The notes under the pieces were generated by a model. It had not been told where the DNA came from. It was given only the letters and a program-made list of their open reading frames with translations, and made no database searches. The translations under genes were made by a program, and so were the position numbers. Positions 7,067-10,973 of a stretch of 10,973 nucleotides of DNA are shown here, piece by piece; position 1 is the stretch's first letter, and every line of letters starts with the position of its first letter. The stretch covers positions 1-10,973 of the forward strand of contig JAYZBV010000051.1 of the NCBI GenBank assembly GCA_036338595.1. The letters are read 5' to 3'. This DNA is from Planctomycetota bacterium (GTDB lineage Bacteria > Planctomycetota > UBA8108 > UBA1146).

Positions 7067-8488
7067 ATGACCTGCCCATCCCACAGCAGTAGTGACCTCA
7101 ATCGCCGCCAGTTTCTGGCGCAAACCGCCGGTCTTGCCGCTGGTAGTGCGATGTGGGGCTGGATGCCCACGACCGGGCAAGCGATGGGTGATCTCAAGCC
7201 GCACTTTCGTCCTCGCGCCAAGAGAGTGATCTGGCTCTTTCAGAGCGGAGGCCCATCGCAGATCGATCTGTTCGATCCGAAACCACTTCTGCAACAAAGG
7301 CACGGCGAGGAACTGCCCGCATCGATCCGGATGGGGCAAAGACTGACCGCGATGTCAGGCAACCAGTCGTCACTGCCGCTGGTCGGAAGTCCGTTCAAGT
7401 TCTCTGCACACGGACAAAGCGAAGCTCAGATCAGTGAACTGTTACCTCACACTGCCACCATCGCTGACAAGCTCTGCATCGTTCGATCGCTTCACACCCA
7501 GGCCATCAATCACGATCCGGCCATCACTTTCGTCCAGACCGGTTCGGAGATTGCCGGCAGACCCTCCATCGGTGCCTGGCTCTCATATGGACTGGGGGCA
7601 GGCAATCCAGATCTACCGGCGAGCATCGCCATGGTCACGCAGAACAAGTCGGGACAACCGCTCTACGCACGCCTCTGGGGCGCCGGATTTCTTCCTTCTG
7701 AACACCAGGGCATCCAGTTCCGCCCCGGCAAGAACCCGGTCTTGTTTTTGAAGGACCCCGATGGGCTCTCTCGCCCGATGCGTCGTCGGATGCTCGATGC
7801 CCTGCTCGAGTTGCACCGGTTTCAAGATGAAGAAAACAATCCCGAAATTATCTCTGCCAATACCCGGAACGAACTCGCCTGGCGCATGCAGACCTCGGTC
7901 CCCGAGGTGGCGGATCTATCCGACGAACCGGAAGAGACTTTCGAACTGTACGGACCCGATTCCAGAACCCCGGGAACCTACGCCAATAACTGTATCCTGG
8001 CGCGTCGGCTCGCCGAGCGAGGTGTTCGCTTCACCCAACTATTCCATCAGGGCTGGGATCAACACGGCAACTTACCTGGCGCCCTGCGTACCCAGTGTCG
8101 CGAAACGGATCAGGCTTCTGCGGCACTGGTGGTCGATCTGGAACGCAGGGGTCTGCTCGATGACACCCTCGTCATCTGGGGAGGCGAGTTCGGTCGAACC
8201 AGTTATTGCCAGGGCAAACTGACTCCCCAGGGATTCGGTCGCGATCACCATCCTCGTTGCTTCACCATGTGGATGGCCGGCGGAGGCGTGAAAGAGGGGC
8301 TCACCTACGGAGCCACCGATGATCTCGGCTACAACATCAGCGAGAACGCGATGGACGTGCACGATCTCCAGGCGACGATCCTGCATATCCTCGGAATTGA
8401 CCACGAGCGACTGACCTACAAGTTCCAGGGCCGCCGCTACCGCCTCACCGATGTCCACGGCAAGGTGATCGAGGCGCTACTGGGGTGA
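7067..8488 (+). CDS. DUF1501 domain protein with Tat signal (473 aa)
   Basis: Twin-arginine motif NRRQFL and family motifs AKRVIWLFQSGGPSQIDLFDPKP, GWDQH, DLERRGLLDDTLVIWGGEFGRT, GRDHHP, HDLQATILHILGIDH. SD GAGGTG at 7056-7061; starts 4 nt after the PSD1 stop, the usual pairing in PVC genomes. Confidence 0.93.
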   Translation: MTCPSHSSSDLNRRQFLAQTAGLAAGSAMWGWMPTTGQAMGDLKPHFRPRAKRVIWLFQSGGPSQIDLFDPKPLLQQRHGEELPASIRMGQRLTAMSGNQSSLPLVGSPFKFSAHGQSEAQISELLPHTATIADKLCIVRSLHTQAINHDPAITFVQTGSEIAGRPSIGAWLSYGLGAGNPDLPASIAMVTQNKSGQPLYARLWGAGFLPSEHQGIQFRPGKNPVLFLKDPDGLSRPMRRRMLDALLELHRFQDEENNPEIISANTRNELAWRMQTSVPEVADLSDEPEETFELYGPDSRTPGTYANNCILARRLAERGVRFTQLFHQGWDQHGNLPGALRTQCRETDQASAALVVDLERRGLLDDTLVIWGGEFGRTSYCQGKLTPQGFGRDHHPRCFTMWMAGGGVKEGLTYGATDDLGYNISENAMDVHDLQATILHILGIDHERLTYKFQGRRYRLTDVHGKVIEALLG

Positions 8489-8607
8489 AGGGGTGGTTAT
8501 GAGCCCCTGGCAGTCGCCAAAACCGGAAACAACACCAACAAGGCTTGTATTCCCGGCCCGGACAGGGCCAAATAGGGGCACGCCCAGGACACCGAACACG
8601 GAGCCCA

Positions 8608-9747
8608 ATGACTGACCATGCAGCACCCCGCGATCGTGATGACGGACCGATCCTGTGGGTCAACACCCTCTTTTTGAGCCTCAGTCCATTTGTGGCGGCG
8701 GCGTTGATCCCGCTCTACCTGTGGTACTCGGGCAGCCACTGGGCGTTGTGGGCCGCGGCATTCACGCTGTGGATCTTCTCCGGACTGGGAATCACCATCG
8801 GCTACCATCGGTTGTTTGCCCACAGGTCCTACGAAGGCTCCCCGTTGTGGCGTTTCCTGTCCCTGATAGCGGGAGCATCCGCGCTGCAGAACTCCGCCAT
8901 CGTTTGGGCTGCCGCCCACCGTCGCCATCATCAACACACCGACCACGAAGGTGATCCATACGATGCCACTCGAGGCTTCTGGTGGGCTCACATGAAATGG
9001 ATCTTCCACGACAACGACCGGGCCGACGATTTGAGTAACGTGCCCGATCTGAAGGCCGACCCACTGGTTGTCTGGCAGCAGAAGTGGTACTGGGCCATCG
9101 CACTGGTCGTCAACGTCGGTCTACCTCTGGGACTGGGCCTTCTCATCGGCCACCCGTGGGGAATGTTGCTGTTTGCCGGTCTGGCTCGCGTCGTCTTCAC
9201 TCACCAGGCGACCTTCTGCATCAACAGTTTGTGCCACATCCTGGGAACTCAGCCCTGGTCGAAGAACAACACTTCAAAAGATTCATGGATTTGCGCTTAT
9301 CTCACCTTCGGTGAGGGATATCACAACTTCCATCACACCTTTCCTGCGGATTACCGCAATGGTCTGCGCTGGTACCACTTCGATCCCGCCAAGTGGGCCA
9401 TCTGGACAGGAAACCATCTTGGCTTGACCAGTAACCTGAAGAGAACCGAAGCTCCGATTCAATGGCGCAAGAAGTTCGAACGGCTGACGGAGAGATACGA
9501 AACATCACTGTCGCAGATTGTTCCCGAAACCAACGAGGACTGGAGCCAGCGCATCGAGTCTGCCCGATTGCAGGTCGACAAGAATCTGACCCGCTGGTCC
9601 CAGAAACTGCGCGAATACCATCGGGCGTGTCGAGATGGGCAAGTCAGTGCATCCTTGTTGCGTTCCGTGCGTCTGGCGAGGCGCGCCTTCAGGCGTGCCT
9701 GGAAACAATTCCTCGCCCTCGAACAGACGATGCCGCTGCCTGCATAA
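8608..9747 (+). CDS. Membrane fatty acid desaturase, delta-9 acyl-CoA/acyl-lipid (OLE1/DesC-like) type, 379 aa
   Basis: Three His boxes: GITIGYHRLFAH (His box 8806-8823), HRRHH (8917-8931), FGEGYHNFHH (His box 9322-9336). Also DPY...RGFWWAHM.W, INSLCH and transmembrane segments. Start ATG 8608 with GGAG at 8600-8603. Confidence 0.95.
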   Translation: MTDHAAPRDRDDGPILWVNTLFLSLSPFVAAALIPLYLWYSGSHWALWAAAFTLWIFSGLGITIGYHRLFAHRSYEGSPLWRFLSLIAGASALQNSAIVWAAAHRRHHQHTDHEGDPYDATRGFWWAHMKWIFHDNDRADDLSNVPDLKADPLVVWQQKWYWAIALVVNVGLPLGLGLLIGHPWGMLLFAGLARVVFTHQATFCINSLCHILGTQPWSKNNTSKDSWICAYLTFGEGYHNFHHTFPADYRNGLRWYHFDPAKWAIWTGNHLGLTSNLKRTEAPIQWRKKFERLTERYETSLSQIVPETNEDWSQRIESARLQVDKNLTRWSQKLREYHRACRDGQVSASLLRSVRLARRAFRRAWKQFLALEQTMPLPA

Positions 9748-9750
9748 TCG

Positions 9751-9779
9751 TTGGTAGACCCGGAGCCCTCGTCTACCAT
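9751..9779 (+). promoter_or_regulatory. Putative sigma70-type promoter TTGGTA-N17-TACCAT overlapped by an 8-bp inverted repeat
   Basis: -35-like hexamer 9751-9756, 17-nt spacer, -10-like hexamer 9774-9779, ATG 6 nt later. Inverted repeat TGGTAGAC (9752-9759) / GTCTACCA (9771-9778). Confidence 0.45.
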
Positions 9780-9785
9780 GAGGTC

Positions 9786-10520
9786 ATGAACAACCACTCC
9801 CCAATCCTCGTGTGGCTGGCCACCTGTGCGTGCCTGCTGCTTTGTTCGTGTGAATCTCTCACCGCTCGCAATTCCGGACAACCATCACCGACCCCGCTGT
9901 TCAATGGAACGGATCTCGGCGGCTGGTACGCCGATGTCCCTGCCGCCGATGGTGGCAAGGAGGTCGCCCCATCGTTTGTGGCTCGAGACGGCATGCTGGT
10001 CAGCATGGGCAACCCACAAGGCCACCTGATCACCGAACAGTCCTACAGCAATTACCAGTTGGTGGTGGAATACCGCTGGGCCGGAACACCGGGTAACTGT
10101 GGCATCCTGGTTCATGCCTCGACACCGCGTCGTCTCTACAAGATGTTCCCGCAGTCGATCGAGTGCCAGCTGTATGCCGGCAATGCTGGCGACTTCTGGT
10201 GCATCGGTGAGGACATCCACGTTGACGACATGGTCGCCCGCCGCGGCCCCGTCGAAAAGTGGGGCGTCGACGAGGGCAAGAGCCGGCGCATCCTCAATCT
10301 CACCGATGGTTCGGAGAACCCGGCCGGGGAATGGAACCGCATGGTGATCCAGTGCCGGGCGGACACCATCCACGTATGGGTCAACGGAGAACTGGTCAAC
10401 TTTGGCTTCAACTGCAGCGCCAGTAGTGGACAGATCGCCATCCAGGCCGAAGGGGCTCCTGTCGAGTTCCGCCGAGTCGATCTCTCGGCACTGCCCACTG
10501 ACGCAACCGAAGGACGCTGA
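9786..10520 (+). CDS. DUF1080 (3-keto-disaccharide hydrolase family) lipoprotein, 244 aa
   Basis: Motifs LFNGTDLGGW, GHLITEQSYSNYQLVVEYRW, GNCGILVH, SIECQL..GNAGDFW, ENPAGEWNRMVIQC, VWVNG, GQIAIQAEGAPVEFRRV. Start ATG 9786 gives a hydrophobic signal with a lipobox-like LLCSC (Cys22). The track start at 9462 overlaps the desaturase. Confidence 0.92.
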   Translation: MNNHSPILVWLATCACLLLCSCESLTARNSGQPSPTPLFNGTDLGGWYADVPAADGGKEVAPSFVARDGMLVSMGNPQGHLITEQSYSNYQLVVEYRWAGTPGNCGILVHASTPRRLYKMFPQSIECQLYAGNAGDFWCIGEDIHVDDMVARRGPVEKWGVDEGKSRRILNLTDGSENPAGEWNRMVIQCRADTIHVWVNGELVNFGFNCSASSGQIAIQAEGAPVEFRRVDLSALPTDATEGR

Positions 10521-10973
10521 TGTTTCGTTCGACGCTATTGTTGCTGCTACTTTTCAACCTCTTCCCAGCGCCCTCGATCCTTGCCCAGGGGCATCCGACC
10601 AAAGCATCTCCCTTCGATGCGATCCGCTGGCTCGAGCAGCAACCACAGGTACAGATCGGGGGGAAGTGGTATATCCCCGTGGAAATCGACGGTGTCCAGG
10701 TTGAAAAGATCCTCGCGAAATGCCGCAAGCAGTGGCCCGGCCAGCTTCAGAAACGATTCGCCGAGGATTTGATGGAAGCGATGGCTCTGCTGGGCCATGA
10801 GCCGGCAGATACCGTCACGCTGCGCTTGAAAGCGAGCCCGGCAGCGAAAGAGATCGTGCTCGAAGGCATCCCCAATACCCGCGACAAGCGCCAAAAACTG
10901 CGTGCTGGTGGGGACCGACAACCCACTCCGCTGCGACGCTCTCCCTCATGGCTGTCGAAAAAACAGGTCGAGC
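10520..10973 (+). CDS. Secreted protein, 5' part only; possibly the N-terminal domain of an S41-type peptidase or other hydrolase
   Basis: Not in the ORF track. ATG overlaps the DUF1080 stop (TGATG). 151 open codons to the edge: MFRSTLLLLLLFNLFPAPSILA|QGHPTKASPFDAIRWLEQQPQVQIGGKWYIPVEIDG...QKRFAEDLMEAMALLGH...; clear Sec signal peptide. The gene call is solid, but the peptidase label is only a recalled resemblance and no catalytic residues are visible. Confidence 0.75.
   Translation, partial: MFRSTLLLLLLFNLFPAPSILAQGHPTKASPFDAIRWLEQQPQVQIGGKWYIPVEIDGVQVEKILAKCRKQWPGQLQKRFAEDLMEAMALLGHEPADTVTLRLKASPAAKEIVLEGIPNTRDKRQKLRAGGDRQPTPLRRSPSWLSKKQVE

Noticed and set aside
8489..8508. AGGGG...CCCCT hairpin after the DUF1501 stop as a terminator
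   Set aside because: Only a 5-6 bp stem with no U-tract.
8538..8548. ACAAG-G-CTTGT palindrome upstream of the desaturase as a DesT/FabR-type operator
   Set aside because: The 5-bp arms are expected by chance, there is no convincing -10 at the right spacing, and no regulator gene lies in the window.
8600..9768. Recurring GGAGCCC in intergenic DNA (8600, 9762, and minus strand 2711-2705)
   Set aside because: Two of the three are simply Shine-Dalgarno GGAG sites, and a 7-mer in GC-rich DNA is too weak to call a motif.
9462..9785. 108-aa N-terminal extension of the DUF1080 ORF
   Set aside because: It overlaps the desaturase in another frame; the lipoprotein signal begins at 9786.
10408..10921. 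Minus-strand ORFs 10408..10728 and 10547..10921
   Set aside because: Shadows of the plus-strand signal-peptide ORF starting at 10520.

Overview
GC-rich bacterial DNA, very probably Planctomycetota/PVC (it carries the PSD1-cytochrome + DUF1501 gene pair and a DUF1080 lipoprotein), with two divergent gene clusters. Minus strand (3692 to <1): a stand-alone homocysteine S-methyltransferase, a secreted His-rich TPR-like protein, and a gene missed by the ORF track because it runs off the left edge, which fuses a GNAT (LuxI/FeeM/OlsB-like) acyltransferase domain to a CobD/HisC-like PLP domain. Plus strand (3886 to >10973): a di-heme PSCyt1-DUF1549-LamG-DUF1553 protein, a Tat-exported DUF1501 protein, a delta-9-type fatty acid desaturase, a DUF1080 lipoprotein, and a second gene missed by the ORF track (secreted protein, truncated at the right edge). 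No RNA genes, mobile elements or CRISPR arrays were seen. The best leads are the GNAT-PLP fusion and its cluster, and two apparent leaderless promoters, one of them inside an 8-bp inverted repeat. All family calls come from motif recognition by eye, not from database searches.
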